Assembly (NCBI RefSeq): GCF_009914755.1
Contig: NC_060947.1
Reading direction: 5' to 3' (one strand)
Length of the DNA: 64,000 nucleotides
Origin: the human T2T-CHM13v2.0 reference genome, Homo sapiens
Part shown: piece after piece, positions 1 through 16,894 of the stretch
How positions within the stretch are numbered: the stretch's first letter is position 1
Layout of the letters: each line of letters opens with the position of its first letter
The notes under the pieces: model-generated
What the model was told of the DNA's origin: nothing
The model's input: only the letters and a program-made list of their open reading frames with translations
The model's database searches: none
Position numbers and translations under genes: made by a program

Positions 1-749
1 TTTACACAAACCTCTGGTCGTTCTTCATTGTCTCCAATCAAGTCTAAGATTCCCCACCTCAGCATTGAAGACTCTTAATCTGCTTCCACACAGCTGCATG
101 CCCGTCTCCCCACTCTTCCAAATGCATTCCATTCAGATTGGTCTTCTCAGGGATCCCATGTGTGCCATTCTCTGTAGCAGCCCCTACACCTCTGTTTTTC
201 TCCACACTTGCAACGCTCTTTCCCCTCCTCTTTCTCATGCCTATATAAATACTTCCTGTCCTCCAGGGTCCACATGGAGGGCCACTTCCATGGAGTCTCT
301 CTTTCTCAGCTTTCATAGATCCTTTCCTCCTCACATCTACCTCTTAAAGCCTAATTACCAACTGTTGCTTTGTTGTGTGTTGTCCTGTCTCTTAGGGCTG
401 CATGTTGTTTGTCTTATGTCCCCGAAGCAGAGGATAAGTATTAATATTTTGGAGTTATACAGGGATTAGTGTTGCGGCAGAATCTGAATACATCTTGCCT
501 ATCAGTATGAGTTAACCTGGAGCAGAGGTGTATAAATTGGTAGCTGTTTATTGGTATTTGCGGAGTTGACAGTTTCATTGAAATATGTACTAAACACTTA
601 CTGTGTGTCCCTACTTTGCTAGATATGTGTTAAGAGGTTTGAGCCTTCAAGGAACTCACAGTCCACTGGGGGAGGTTGATCTAGGTTTTAGACTTGTCTC
701 TGCAAGTAACTTAATAGTGTACCTTGGGAAAGTCACATAATCATCTTAT

Positions 750-1260
750 TTATTCATTCCACAAGCTTTATCTAAACTTCTTATGCGTCAAGCAATGCGC
801 TTAGCATTGGGAATACAGAGATGTATGAGATAAATCAGTCTCTGCCCTCCAAAAGCGTATATATGTGCAGCTATTTATGATACAATATGATAAGTACTGT
901 AGTGAAAGTACATAAAAAATGCCATGGGGAAGGGAGGGTAAGTCACACTTAAGGGCTTACTAGGTGGCAAGTACTATGTAAATGCTTTCAGCTTGGGTGG
1001 TATGAGGCATGGAGGCAGGACTTTGCAGAAGGTGGGCATTTAGACTGGACAAGTTTGTTACTGAATTAGAAGGTGGAGGGAGAAAGAAGGCAAAACTTCA
1101 AAATGTTACAGGAACTGAGGGAGTGTGTATCTATGTATGTTTTGTATGTTGGGAGAGTGTGAGAGAGTTGAAGGAGAGCTCTGAGAGTTAGGCTAGCAAT
1201 GGATTGCAAAGGGTCTTGAATGCCATGTTAAGGAATTTAGGGAAAGGGATAAAGGTTTAG
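750..1260 (-). mobile_element. L2 LINE 3' fragment, old and degenerate
   Basis: ttattcattc start followed by 'gcttagcattgggaatacagagatg...tctctgccctc', typical of the antisense L2 3' end; boundaries approximate. Confidence 0.6.
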
Positions 1261-1336
1261 AATGTTAACTGTGTGGAAACAGAAAGGAAATGATAAATAG
1301 GAGTGAATAAAAAAGCATGCCGCTCCCCCAGCCCCA

Positions 1337-1550
1337 AGCAGGGTGACTATAGTCAATAATATGTGTTTCAAAATAACTAACAGAGTAAATTTTAAATGTC
1401 TCACAGTAAAAATGATAGGCAAGCTAGGTGATGGATATGTTAATTAGCTTGATTTAATCATGCTGCATTGTATACATACCTCAAAACATTACACTGTACT
1501 TCATAAATGTATACAATTATGCTTTGTCAATCAAAAATAATATTAATAAG
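1337..1550 (+). mobile_element. L1MA-type 3' UTR fragment
   Basis: 'agggtgactatagtcaataat...ggtgatggatatgttaattagcttgatttaatcat...tatacaattat' matches the L1MA 3' end. Confidence 0.8.
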
Positions 1551-2133
1551 TTTTTTGAAAAATCATGTTCCTTTCAAGAAATTTAAATGCTTAGGCTGTT
1601 CTTATAGGTGCCTATGTGGTGGTGTATGTAAAGGAGTTTGCTGAATTCTAAAGTCTTGCAATGACATTGTCCTTGTTGTTGCTAAAGTGGAAAACACTCA
1701 GTCCCTATTCTCAAATCAAAAATCTCTTTCCAGTTGTTCAGTATATCAGCTGTTAACATGTTACCATAAAGGATTCATTCCTTTGGCAAAATCATTCCCC
1801 CTTCTTGGCCATCCTCCCTTCAAAATGCAAATATCTCTGTGACAGTAAACACATCAACCCCTCACCCTTCAGTATGAATGAGTTTTAGTTTTGCTTTATC
1901 TTGAGGGATGCAGAGAACAGCATGGGGGAGAGAACCTTGGAGGACAGAGAACATAGAGCTGTCTCTGCCATTGAAGCAAAAGCAGACAGGCAACAGCCCA
2001 AACACATATAACAGAGACAACAGCACCACTGATTTGTTGATCACCTATTATGTGCCATGAACTATGCTAAGAATATATTCTTTATCTTTTAAAAATCGCA
2101 CTCTATTAGGCCTTGGGCTTGCCAGGTTGCTTT

Positions 2134-2243
2134 TCTTCCTTCCTTCCTTCCTTCCTTCCTTCCTTCCTTCCTTCCTTCCTTCCTTCCTTTCTTTCTTTCT
2201 TTCTTTCTTTCTTTCCTTCTTTCTTCTTTCTTTCTTCTTTTTT
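2134..2243. repeat. compound (TTCC)n(TTTC)n microsatellite
   Basis: Seen directly; explains ORFs 2064-2267 and 2106-2309. Confidence 0.97.
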
Positions 2244-3539
2244 ACTTTGAGGAAAAATCCGTTCTAATATCCCCTCCCATTCCAGATCAATATCTTCTTC
2301 CACATGCAAACAAGAACTTCACGCAATAATGCCCTAATAACCAGCAACTTTTATAATTTGCTTCAACAGGCTGGATTTTTTAGAAATAACTTATATTTCT
2401 TCCAATTAAACACCGTTACATTTGCTATTTACAAAGGAAAGTTTTGGAGAGAAATTGTAGATAGTTGTGTTATGAGGAGTATTGGTATATGATCTGTGGA
2501 AAACTAAACCTAGTTTAATGACAATAACAACAACAATAACAACAAAACCATAAAGCTATAGGAAACATTTGTTTCACTATGAATCAACCCTGCCTGAAGG
2601 AAACCTTTCTAAGGCAACACAAATGGCTCTGTAAGGACTCAGGTTTTCTGCTCCTAACTACTAGGAAAACTCTTTTTTTGTTTTTTCTCACTCTTCTCAT
2701 TGGTACATTACTTTCTGGTATGAATGTGGTAAGGACAGTGTAAAACCAATAAAAGCTGTCAGGTATTCTTTTCCAGTTGAGAGGACATTAGCCTTGCACA
2801 GGTCCCCATTAATGAAAGGAGAAATGATTTGCCTGACACTGTTATGACAGGGTTTGGTTTAGAATCTCCTGTCTACAGTACTTTCCAGCATACTGTATTT
2901 CCTAGTAGGCCTGACCTGCCCCAATTAAATGGAAATAATTCTTTAGATAACATCATATGGGGAAGGATAAGACTAAGGGCAAAATGTGATTTTAGCAATC
3001 AGCTACTAGGAAACCTTTGTTAATTATTATTAACTCTATCACAGAAATTTGTGGATTCACTTCATGCCCTTTGCCATCTACAACAGACGAGTCTCCCCTA
3101 AGTATAGTTTATTCAGGTATTCCTACTGTGGATTTGCTTTCTCCAATTTTGTTCAGTATTTTCTGCTCCGGAGGATCCTAAGGCGGGTAGTCTTGTCTTG
3201 AAAAGTCAGGAGACTTTATTACTATTACTGTCATACCAGAGAAAGGAGATGAATTTATTTAGCGGCATCTGAAAATAGAATTGCCTCAATGTTGACGCCT
3301 GCTGCTGATGCTAAATGATGAATACTAAGCACCTGGCACACAGTGTTCAGTTCTCCTCATTTATCTGTTCTTCGTATTTCAGTGCTTTAAGATGCATGGA
3401 TCACATTTTCACTGTGTTCTACTCTTGGTTGGGAGCCAGGCAGTAGATGTCACTGATTATTTGTGGATCATTCATACCATGTGTGGAGCTGTACAAAGCA
3501 CAGAATGGAGTTGTAGAAAGAGCCCAAGTGTGTAGAATT

Positions 3540-3700
3540 CAGCCCGAAAACCTGTATTTGAATGTTGGCTCTGTCAAGCTCTTGACTTTGTGACTTTGGC
3601 AAATTATTTAATTTCCTAAGGCTTACTATCCTTAGCTCTGTAAAATGGGAGTAATAGTAGCAGTCCTGTGTACCTTTGGTTGTTGGTGGGAGGTTCTAAT
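3540..3700 (+). mobile_element. MIR SINE fragment
   Basis: 'ggctctgtca...gtgactttggcaaattatttaa...ctgtaaaatgggagtaatagtag' MIR core. Confidence 0.7.
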
Positions 3701-3971
3701 GCATTATTGCTTGGCCTAGAGTTCTGCAAATTGTGGTATTCACATCTGATCAAGGGGTTGTATTCTGAGTCCAATCTCATCTCTGCATGCTCTAGGCAAA
3801 AGACAGCCCTTACCAGAGGGATCGTGGGGAACATCCTGTTTGCTTCACAGAGTACTTCTACCATAGAATCCCTGAGGCCTACATGTCTTTTTCTTGAGGA
3901 TAAAGCCTTTTGTTGCATAACCAGAAACTGCTTTACAATGGTGGTCACATTTGGAGTGAAAATTCTGTGCA

Positions 3972-4170
3972 TAAACTTTGGAGTCAGACATCTTCAAATA
4001 CCAGCTTTGTGATCTTAGCAGAGACACATAACCTCTCTGAGCTTTACTTTCCTCAACTATAAAATAGAGATGAAGAATAATACCTACCTGCATAGAGTTT
4101 TGAGGAGGTTTGAATGAGATGAAGTATGCAAAGTACCTAGCAGAGGATAGGTTGTCACTAAATGGTAGTT
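3972..4170 (+). mobile_element. MIR SINE
   Basis: 'actttggagtcagac...aacctctctgagctttactttcctcaactataaaat...gaggtttgaatgagatgaagtatg' MIR core. Confidence 0.8.
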
Positions 4171-4384
4171 CCCTTGAAAACAGGAGAGTGGGGTGGGTGT
4201 TCACAATGCTCTCCCACTCTGAGGTTTTAATCTGTTCTTTTAAGGCTGGCAGGAATTGCATGAGCCTCTGGGAATGGCGCAAGTAGTTGTCTTTCTCTGC
4301 AGTCATGGGGAGATAGTTTAGTGACAGATAAAAAAACATGACATGCCTCCCTTTGCAACCTCAACTATTCCATCAGTAAAATGC

Positions 4385-4515
4385 TGTTAATTTTATAGCG
4401 AAGAAAACTCAAATCCAGAGGTCTAAAGTGATTTGCTCATAGTGAGTCAATTAGTACGTGGTAGAGCTGGAATTAAGCCCAGACAGCCTAACCCCAAAGC
4501 CTGTACAATTTCCAC
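4385..4515 (-). mobile_element. MIR fragment
   Basis: 'gaggtctaaagtgatttgctcat...gtggtagagctggaattaagcccagacag'. Confidence 0.65.
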
Positions 4516-5539
4516 TGGCTCAAAACAGCCTCTTGTAGCTAGAATTTCATGATACTGCTTCTGTTGTCAGTTGATGGGGAGAAGAGTGCATGGTAAACCC
4601 TTCCCACAGGTATCCCAGCCCCTGGCCTCCAGGTGTGTCATCTACTGAGAGTGTTTCCTAAAAATGGTAGTTTCGCCTTAGCTGTCCTTCCCTCCACAGT
4701 CATCCTGCTGAAGTTCCCAGTGGCTGCAGAACTTTTGGCTGAGGAAAACCACTTTTATTTTATTTTTCTGGAAGAAAGTATTAGGTAAGCCAAATCTCAA
4801 TACTTTAGTCAGCTGCTAAGACCATGCGGAGATGGAATAGGTAGCTCTGGTTTCTCTCTGACTTTCCCGCACACTTGTTAGGCTTTGACTGCCCACAGAC
4901 AGCCCAGGCAGGCATGCCACTGTGGTAGTGCTGCTGGCTAAGGCTGTTGCCAGAGGAGGCTGAGTGTCACTGTCTTTCTCACTTCCTTATTCTACCTATC
5001 AAGATTCAAGAACCTGTCTATAATGTGCTTCCAGCCTACTCTTTCCTGTTGGTTTATAACCCCTGAACTCTGACTCTGGTGTATTTCCTGGCTTCCCATC
5101 TGTTTCCTTACAGCTGTATAGGACTCTCAAAGGCTCACTCTCTTAAAAGAATCACCTCTGGGTGCCTCCCTCAATAAGCTCACTTCCTGCCTAAGAGTAT
5201 TTGGATATAGGACACCTCATATTGTAGACCTCCTGGAAAGAGCAAGGCCTACCTATTTCTCCTGCCGGATCTCCTACTAGTTCTGTAAACAACTTCATCT
5301 CCAGCCAGGTTTCCCTGCTAATTAGCAGGCCGCATTCATTCCTGTACCTGACCTTATTTGTGCCATTTCTCTGTCCTTTCCCATCCCCCACACCAGGGGT
5401 GTCTCCTCCTCTCCGCCAATCAAATCCTATTGCACTCATTGTTTGGGTCCCTGATCAGATACTGCCTCGCGCGGTCATGGCTATCCTTCACATTGAGATT
5501 ACAGAGATTGTTCTCATTTCAGACACTCAGAATCCATAT

Positions 5540-5714
5540 AGCATATTTCCATCCTTCTAAGATGCACCATTGATTTCAAAAACAACTTTTCAGAAAATAA
5601 AACAAAATACTGAAGCACTACATACAATGTAAACAGCAACTGTAAGCCTTTATTTTCAGAAGCAGTAAAATGCCAAAAGAAATACATTGGTCTTAGTCTT
5701 GAGAAAAGACAATA
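5540..5714. mobile_element. Tc2/Kanga-like (MER104-type) DNA transposon remnant
   Basis: 'tatttccatccttctaagatgcac' and 'gtcttagtcttgagaaaagac' resemble degenerate Tc2-family TIRs. Confidence 0.45.
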
Positions 5715-7011
5715 GACTGTACCATCCTATCCAACACTTGATTACAGATTGAGATGAACTGCCCTCTGTCACTCCACCCTCCTGTTCTAGGCACATAGTA
5801 GGTCCTTAACAAATCCTGGGGAATTGGAATAATTGACTCCAATCAGCTTGAATCACCTATTTCCTGCTGGGCCAAGACCCATATGAAATCTTATCCCCTG
5901 CAGACAGAGTCCACTGACTTAAATCTCTCTCTCTCTCTCTTTCCCGTTTTGGCCTCCCCTTATTTTTAATATTTTTGACTCTAATATATTCCCTGTACTT
6001 TTTATTACTTTGGCATTTTATTCACATCACCCCTCCTGGACCAGCAGGTAACAGCCAAAAGAGACCTTTTAGGAACACTGTGAATGAGGAGTCACTGTAA
6101 ATATTTTCTTCCTCTGCCTTTAGATGCTCTTCTAGCCCCAAGATAGGTGGGTCCTGAAGGTGTATTGTGAGGAGCCTTCTAAGGTTTATTTCCTGTCAAG
6201 GAGAGGCAGTATTGTGGCACTTTGCCTTTCATTCAAATGCCATTAATGGAGAATGTAATCATTAGAAATGGAACATGTGTTCATTAAAATCAATTCATAG
6301 AGAAAAATACAGCACTCTTAAAGAGGAAGGAGATTTGCAACCAGAGAAATAATTGACTTGCTGACACCTCCTCCATCCAAAGGATCAGTCCTTTCTTAGA
6401 ACCCCTACTGAGTAATTGATATGGTGCTCTTGACAAAGGTGCTGATTAGCAATGGCGTAAGAATCCATGTTGTTCAGCAAAGTCTTTCAGAGACCCCGTC
6501 CAGTGAAAACACTCCAAGTGCCAGTGTAGACTCTGAGTCCACTAATTGGGAATGTAAAGATAGGATGCAGTGCTTTCTTTGGGTATTCTTTAATTATTTT
6601 GGTTCCCTTTTTCATTTCCTAGAAATACCATGCTTTTAAATGGGCAAAAGGAAGAAGAGTAGTAGGTGCACACGAGACAGAAACAATTTTTGTATGTTGG
6701 TAACTAGCAAGGGGACAAGAGTCAGTGAGCTCAGATGAATGAAAAACCAGGGAAGAGGTAAAGGATTAATTTTTACAACTTTTTACAGGGAGATAATGCC
6801 CTGTTGAAAGTTCTTTTTGGAGATCCCAACTATCAATGAATGTGGGTGAGAATAACTGCAAGCTAGAGGAAGTGAGAAAGCAGGGGTAAAGATGGATGTT
6901 TGGAAAGAAAAACTGCCTGGAAAAAACAGAAGGAATGCTTAGGGGGTTTCTCTTTTACTCAGGTTAACTGCAGCCTGTGCTTGAAAGTACTTTGTTTCCT
7001 AGAGAGGCGAA

Positions 7012-7200
7012 GTGTAGTATTTATGAGCAAAGACCACAGAATCAGACTGCCTGGTTTTACCACTTACTAGCTGAATTATCTGAGTGTGTCTGTGCCTCAG
7101 TTTCTTTATCTGCAAAAGGAATAACAAAAGTACGCACTGCATGAGGTTATGTGAAGATTAAATGAGTTGATGTATACCAGGTATTAAGAACAGGGCCTAA
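7012..7200 (+). mobile_element. MIR SINE
   Basis: 'aatcagactgcctgg...ccacttactagctg...tgtgcctcagtttctttatctgcaaaa...gtgaagattaaatgag'. Confidence 0.8.
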
Positions 7201-8344
7201 CATATATTAACATAAATAACATAAGTAATTTTGATTATGTTTTTTGAACTAAGATGACTTTCTAAGTCCATTCTCTTTCTATTGTAGCTGCCTATCTTCT
7301 GCTGTGGGCTTGGCAGGCATTCCCTATTCTGCTCCCTTAAGTGACTTCTTGTATTTAAAGGTAAACACACTGAAAGCATCTATCTTTGTGTACCTAACAG
7401 GAAGAATGAGATGAGACAAAAACCTCCTTAAAGCAAAAAATGGACCATGAGTTTGCATGTGCAAAGGATCAAGTTGGCCCAAACCAAATCCCTTGTCCAT
7501 TTAAGATTCTCAGATTGTTATGGTCAGTGACAAAAGGGACAGATTTCCATCTAACAAAATAGATCTTTCAGTGACATACTTGTGGACGCTGGTTAGGTTT
7601 ACTAATTCTTTCATATCATCTGGGAAAGGAAAAATAGAGGGGTAAAAGCAAGATGGGAATAAGTAGTGGCCAAGCAAATTGTGTTGGTAGAACTTGGGTA
7701 AGTTTCCTCCTTGGGCAAAAGGTTCTACGTTTTACCTGACTTGTTTTATCTGTTGCTTTTTCCTGACCTCTAGAGGCACAGGAAGCTAAATACTTTGACC
7801 TTGAATTCAAGGGCTTCTCTTGTTTTACTTTTTGCAGAAACCACCTCATATTTACATCACTGAAACCCCTTTCAGAAGGCTTTCTTGTTTTTGAAAGAAA
7901 TGCTTATTGAGTTTCTGCAATGTGCCTGCTACTCTTTCTTTTGATCTTTATAGCAACCTGTAAGGCACTGATACTATCTCTATTTTATAGGTGGGAAACC
8001 AAGTTTAAGTGAGGTGTTTTTTTTTTTTCCTTTTCTTTGTTTTTCAATCCTGCTCATACTGTGTAAATGAGATATTGAAATGTCCAAGGTCATGTAGTAT
8101 GTAATTTTGTTGTGGTGGTATCTTCCAAAATGAAAATAGCTTTGTTGATGTCATTTTTTATTCTAAGACAAATGCATACCCAATGTCAAAATAAATGAGA
8201 TGATACAGAAAGGCCAAAAGAAAAAAAAAAACACGGTCAACATTTTAGTATGTAGCCTTCCAAGACAGTTTTTCTTTTATCTATCTTTGTATTTATTTCT
8301 TTATCACTTCATTTGTATTTGGGTGACCTCAAGATATCAGTCCA

Positions 8345-8480
8345 TGTCTATTATGGCTGATCTGACTGACACAAATATTGCAGCAAAGGTTCACCTATTT
8401 GCTGATAGGCTTATTTCTTCTTGTGCCTCTAATATGCAAGCTGAGCAAAGGATCTGTCAAGAGATCTGGAATTGTTCTAT
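8345..8480 (+). mobile_element. very old non-L1 LINE reverse-transcriptase remnant (CR1-like)
   Basis: Translation IMADLTDTNIAAKVHLFADR resembles the RT motif IYINDL..I.SK..LFADD; downstream 'aga gat ctg gaa' reads RDLE in another frame. Confidence 0.45.
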
Positions 8481-9059
8481 AAGGCTAAGCACCACTGCAC
8501 TTTGTGTGTCATCAGTTTTCCTAATTCTGGGTGGACTCTGCTTCTCTTCCATACTTCCTCTAATACCCTACTCAAACCCTCTGAAAGGCACCCTGAGCCT
8601 CTGACATCACAGCAGACTAGGAGACAAAAGAAGTTACAAATTGTGTATAAGGCATGACATTTTTGGTGGCCAGGATATCTCTTTAGCCATCTTCAACAAC
8701 ATTGTTTCCCAAACCCATGCACTGCTTTCACAGGCATTTGAACCATAGCAACTCCATCTTGAATAGGAACTGGGTAAAATAAGGCTGAGAGCTACTGGGC
8801 TGCATTCCCAGGAGGTGAAAGTATTCTTAGTCACATGATGAGATAGGATAAAAGGATGCAGTAAAGAAGCAGGCCCAAACCCACCAAAACCAAGATGGTG
8901 ATGAAAGTGACCTCTGGTCATCCTCACTGTTCATTATATGCTAATTATAATACATTAGCATGCTAAAAGACACTCCCATCAGCACCCTGACAGTTTACAA
9001 ATGCCATGGAAACATCAGAAGGTTACCCTATATGGTCTAAAAAGGGGAGGAACTCTCAG

Positions 9060-9068
9060 TTCCGGGAA
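9060..9068. promoter_or_regulatory. GAS (STAT1) motif TTCCGGGAA in MER41B
   Basis: Perfect TTCNNNGAA at the position known for MER41B; the second tandem GAS is degraded (ttcctgaaa). Confidence 0.7.
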
Positions 9069-9260
9069 TTGCCCATCCCTTTCCTGAAAAACTCATGAAT
9101 AATCCACCCTGTGTTTAGCATATAATTGAGAAGTAATAATAAGTATAAGCAGGTGAGGAGCCCATGCCTCTGCTCTGCCTATGGAGTAGCCATTCTTTTA
9201 TTCCTTTACTTTCTTAATATACTTGCTTTCATTTTACCCTTTGGATTGATTTGCCTTTAA

Positions 9261-9368
9261 TTCTTTCTTTCTTTCTTTCTTTTTCTTTCTTTCTTTCTTT
9301 CTTTCTTTTTCTTTCTTTCTTTCCTTTCTTTCTTTCCTTTCTTTCCTTTCTTTCTTTCTTTCTCTTTC

Positions 9369-9412
<44 letters not shown>

Positions 9413-9456
9413 TTTTCTTTCTTTCTTTTCTTTCTTTCTTTCTTTCTTTCTTTTTT
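9261..9456. repeat. (TTTC)n microsatellite derived from the Alu tail
   Basis: About 200 bp of TTTC/TTCC units seen directly. Confidence 0.97.
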
Positions 9457-9459
9457 GGG

Positions 9460-9801
<342 letters not shown>

Positions 9802-10292
9802 TGAATTAAGACCACTTTCTGATAAAACTGCCATGTTGGTATGAGTAGAAAATATTTCTGTAGAATCTTGGTGTAAAAAAAGAGCGAGACTTGTGGCACC
9901 AGAGTTAATAAGGGACCTTGGGCTGAGGGATCAATACGTCATCAATCTACTGGCAAACTTATAACTCCAAGCACTGGGGCAGACTTATTTGGAAGCAGGC
10001 TTATTCAGTTGCTGTTTAACAACATCCTCCTAGGCACACCTCATCTAGTTCTCCTGGTTATATTTCTTTTGACCTCTCCTGGTTTCAACTTCCATATAGC
10101 TTCTGATAGATGTTCTGTCAGATGAGAATTGGCCTAAGGACTATTATTACATTGCTGATGACAATGTCTTGACTCCAAAAAAGAGGAGTGGGTGGGTGAC
10201 ACATGCTGCCAGAATATCAAATAAGCCTGTGAAATCCCTCCTGCCCCTACAGACACATCAGGAATTTGCATTAGGTACTTTAAGAAAGTGCA

Positions 10293-12022
10293 TGATCCAG
10301 TTTCACGTTTCTGCATATGGCTAGCCAGTTCTCCCAGCACCATTTATTAAATAGAGAATCCTTTCCCCATTGTTTGTTTTTGTCAGGTTTGTTGAAGATC
10401 AGAAGGTTGTAGGTGTGTGGTATTATTTCTGAATTCTTTATTCTATTCCATTGGTCTTTGTGTCTGTTTTTGTACCAGTACCATGCTGTTTTGGTTCCTG
10501 TAGCCTTGTAGTATAGTTTGAAGTCAGGTAGCATGATGTCTCCAGCTTTGTTCATTGTGTTTAAGATTGTCTTGGCTATATGGCCTCCTTTTTGATATCA
10601 TATGAATTGTGAAGTAGTTTTTTTCTAAATCTGTGAAATGTCAATGGTAGTTTAATGAAAATAACATTGAATCTGTAAATTACTTCGGGCATTTTCCACA
10701 ATATTGATTCTTCCTATCCATGAGTATGGAAGATTTTGCCACTTGTTTGTGTCCTCTCTGATTTCCTTGAGCAGTGGTTTGTAGTTCTCCTCAAAGAGCT
10801 CCTTCGCTTCCCTTGTTAGTTGTATTCCTAGGTATTTTATTCTCTTTGTAGCAATTGTGAACAAGAGTTCATTCATAATTTGGCTGTCTGCATGCCTGTT
10901 GTTGGTGTACAGGAATGGTAGTAATTTTGCACATTGATTTTGTATCTTGAGACTTTGCTGAAGTTGCTTATCAGCTTAAGATTTTGGGCTGAGATTATGG
11001 GGTTTTCTAGATACAGGATCATGTTATTTGCAAACAGAGACAGCTTGACCTCCTCTCTTGCTATCTGAATACCCTTTATTTCTTTCTGTTGCCTGATTTT
11101 CCTGGCCAGGACTTCCAATACTATGTTGAATATGAATAGTGAGAGAGGGCATCCTTGTCTTGTGCTGCTTTTCAAGGCGTATGCTTCCAGCTTTTGCCCA
11201 TTCAGTATGATATCGGCTGTGGGTTTGTCACACATGGCTCTCATTATTTTGATGTATGTTCCTTCTATACCTAGTTTATTGAGAGTTTTTAACATGAAGC
11301 ATGTTGAATTTTATAGAAGGCCACTTTTGCGTCTATTGAGATAATTATGTGGTTTTTGTCTTTGGTTCTGTTTATGTAATTAATTACATTTATTGATTTG
11401 CATATGTCGAACCAATCTTGCATCCCAGGAATGAAGCCATCTTGATCATGGTGGATAAGCTCTTTGATGTGATGCTGGATTTGGTTTGCCAGTATTTTAT
11501 TGAGGTTTTTTTTGCATCAATGTTCATCAGGGATATTGGCCTGAAGTTTTCTTTTTTTGATTGTTGTTGTATCTCTGTCAGGTTTTGGTAGCAGGATGAT
11601 ATTGGCCTCATAAAATGACTTAGGGAGAAGTCCCTCCTTTTCAGTTGTTTGGAATAGTTTCAGTAGAAATGGTACCAGATCCTCTGTACCTCTGAATGAA
11701 TACAGCTATAAGTCCATCTGGTCCTGGGCTTCTTTTGGTTAGTAGGCAGTTTATTAATGCCTCAATTTCAGAACTCTTTATTGGTCTATTTGGGGATTCA
11801 TTTTTTTTTCCTGGTTCAGTCTTGGAAGGGTGTATGTGTCCAGGAATTTACCCATTGCTTCTAGATTTTCTAGTTTATATGCACAGAGCTGTTTATAGTA
11901 TTCTCTGATTGTTGTTTGTATATCTGTGGGGTCAGTGGTGATATCCCCCTTATCATTTCCGATTGTGTCTATTTGGTTCTTCTCTCTTTTCTTATCTATT
12001 AGTCTAGCTAGTGGTCTATCTA

Positions 12023-12024
<2 letters not shown>
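10293..12024 (-). mobile_element. inverted 5' part (ORF2 RT region) of a twin-primed L1PA (about PA10-13)
   Basis: Minus-strand ORFs with L1 ORF2 peptides ([25 protein letters not shown]); multiple frameshifts. Confidence 0.95.
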
Positions 12025-13520
<1,496 letters not shown>

Positions 13521-13694
13521 AATGAAAGACCAAGTTCTCAAGAAAAAACAAATAAATAAATAAGTGCAGGGTAATATTGGGAAAAAAATAAAGTACAGGA
13601 TCCTAGATTTTTAAAAATTCTATTGTTTCTTAGATGTTTCACCTTTAGCATCAAGTGATGATGGAGGATTATGGAGGATCTGCAAGACTCTCTA

Positions 13695-13880
13695 GTGTGG
13701 TTGTAAAGAGCATGATGCTCCCATCATTCTCATCTGGGTCCTAATCCCAGCTCTGCCGCTTACTGGCTGTGTGGCCTTGGGAAAGTTACTTGGCTTCTCT
13801 AAGCCTCAGTTTTCTCATTACTAAAATGGGGACAATAAAAGCAATCGTGGCCATAAGATTTCTGAAGTATGTGGGAATAA
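13695..13880 (+). mobile_element. MIR SINE
   Basis: 'aatcccagctctgccgcttactggctgtgtggccttgggaaagttact...cctcagttttctcattactaaaatggggacaataa'. Confidence 0.85.
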
Positions 13881-13949
13881 ACACCCTACTCTTGAGAGAG
13901 CTTAAAGGGATGCAGGGTTCTGGTGGTGGAGCCAGATTTCAGTTAAAAA

Positions 13950-14110
13950 AAGAGTTGTTATGTGAGGAGGTTAAGCATGTCGGGGAGTTTGCTTACCTTG
14001 AAATGGTGTCTCCAGAGGGCATAGTAGCCCTCTGGAGTTGGAAGGATGCCATAGGGAAAGGAAGGACTGAGTCATCCTAGGAGTGAGAAAGGATTGAGAC
14101 TAAATGGAGA
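13950..14110 (+). mobile_element. L3/CR1 3' fragment
   Basis: Degenerate similarity to the CR1 C-terminal YEERL.ELG.F..E..R.RGD region. Confidence 0.4.
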
Positions 14111-14397
14111 CATTTAGATGTTTTGATACTTTATTGTAGTTTTATAATAGGTGGTTGAGTGCATGTGTTTTCTTTCCAACTAAAATCATAAGACACAGAC
14201 TGGGTTTAACGTCTTTTTGAAATCCCACAGGGCAGTAGATAAACTAAGTATTCAATAATGACTTGAGTAATTAAAATATTCTGTCATCTTATGATAATCT
14301 AATAATTTAAAGTCATCCTAAATATACAATATTGTCAAAGGAAAGTATGAAAATATCTAAATAGATTATGCCCATGGGTTGTCTTATTTTCGTTTCT

Positions 14398-16708
<2,311 letters not shown>

Positions 16709-16894
16709 TAGTAAGAAGTGATTTCCCCCTTTCCACAACCAACTAGCTTTTCCGTGGTTTAGTGATCTCCCCTTAATTAGAAATTTCAGGAGCTGGGCCT
16801 GGGGTAGAAGCCACATTCAGCAGTGTGATGTTCACAGAATCTCCAAGGAAGCCTCACTCATTACTGGGTGTGTCACTGGCCAGGCACTAGACTT

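Noticed and set aside
59-469. 134-aa and 91-aa ORFs at the window start
   Set aside because: Pyrimidine-rich, degenerate L2-like sequence with no protein similarity I recognise.
3616-4339. Overlapping 114-164 aa ORFs
   Set aside because: They run through MIR elements and look like chance frames.
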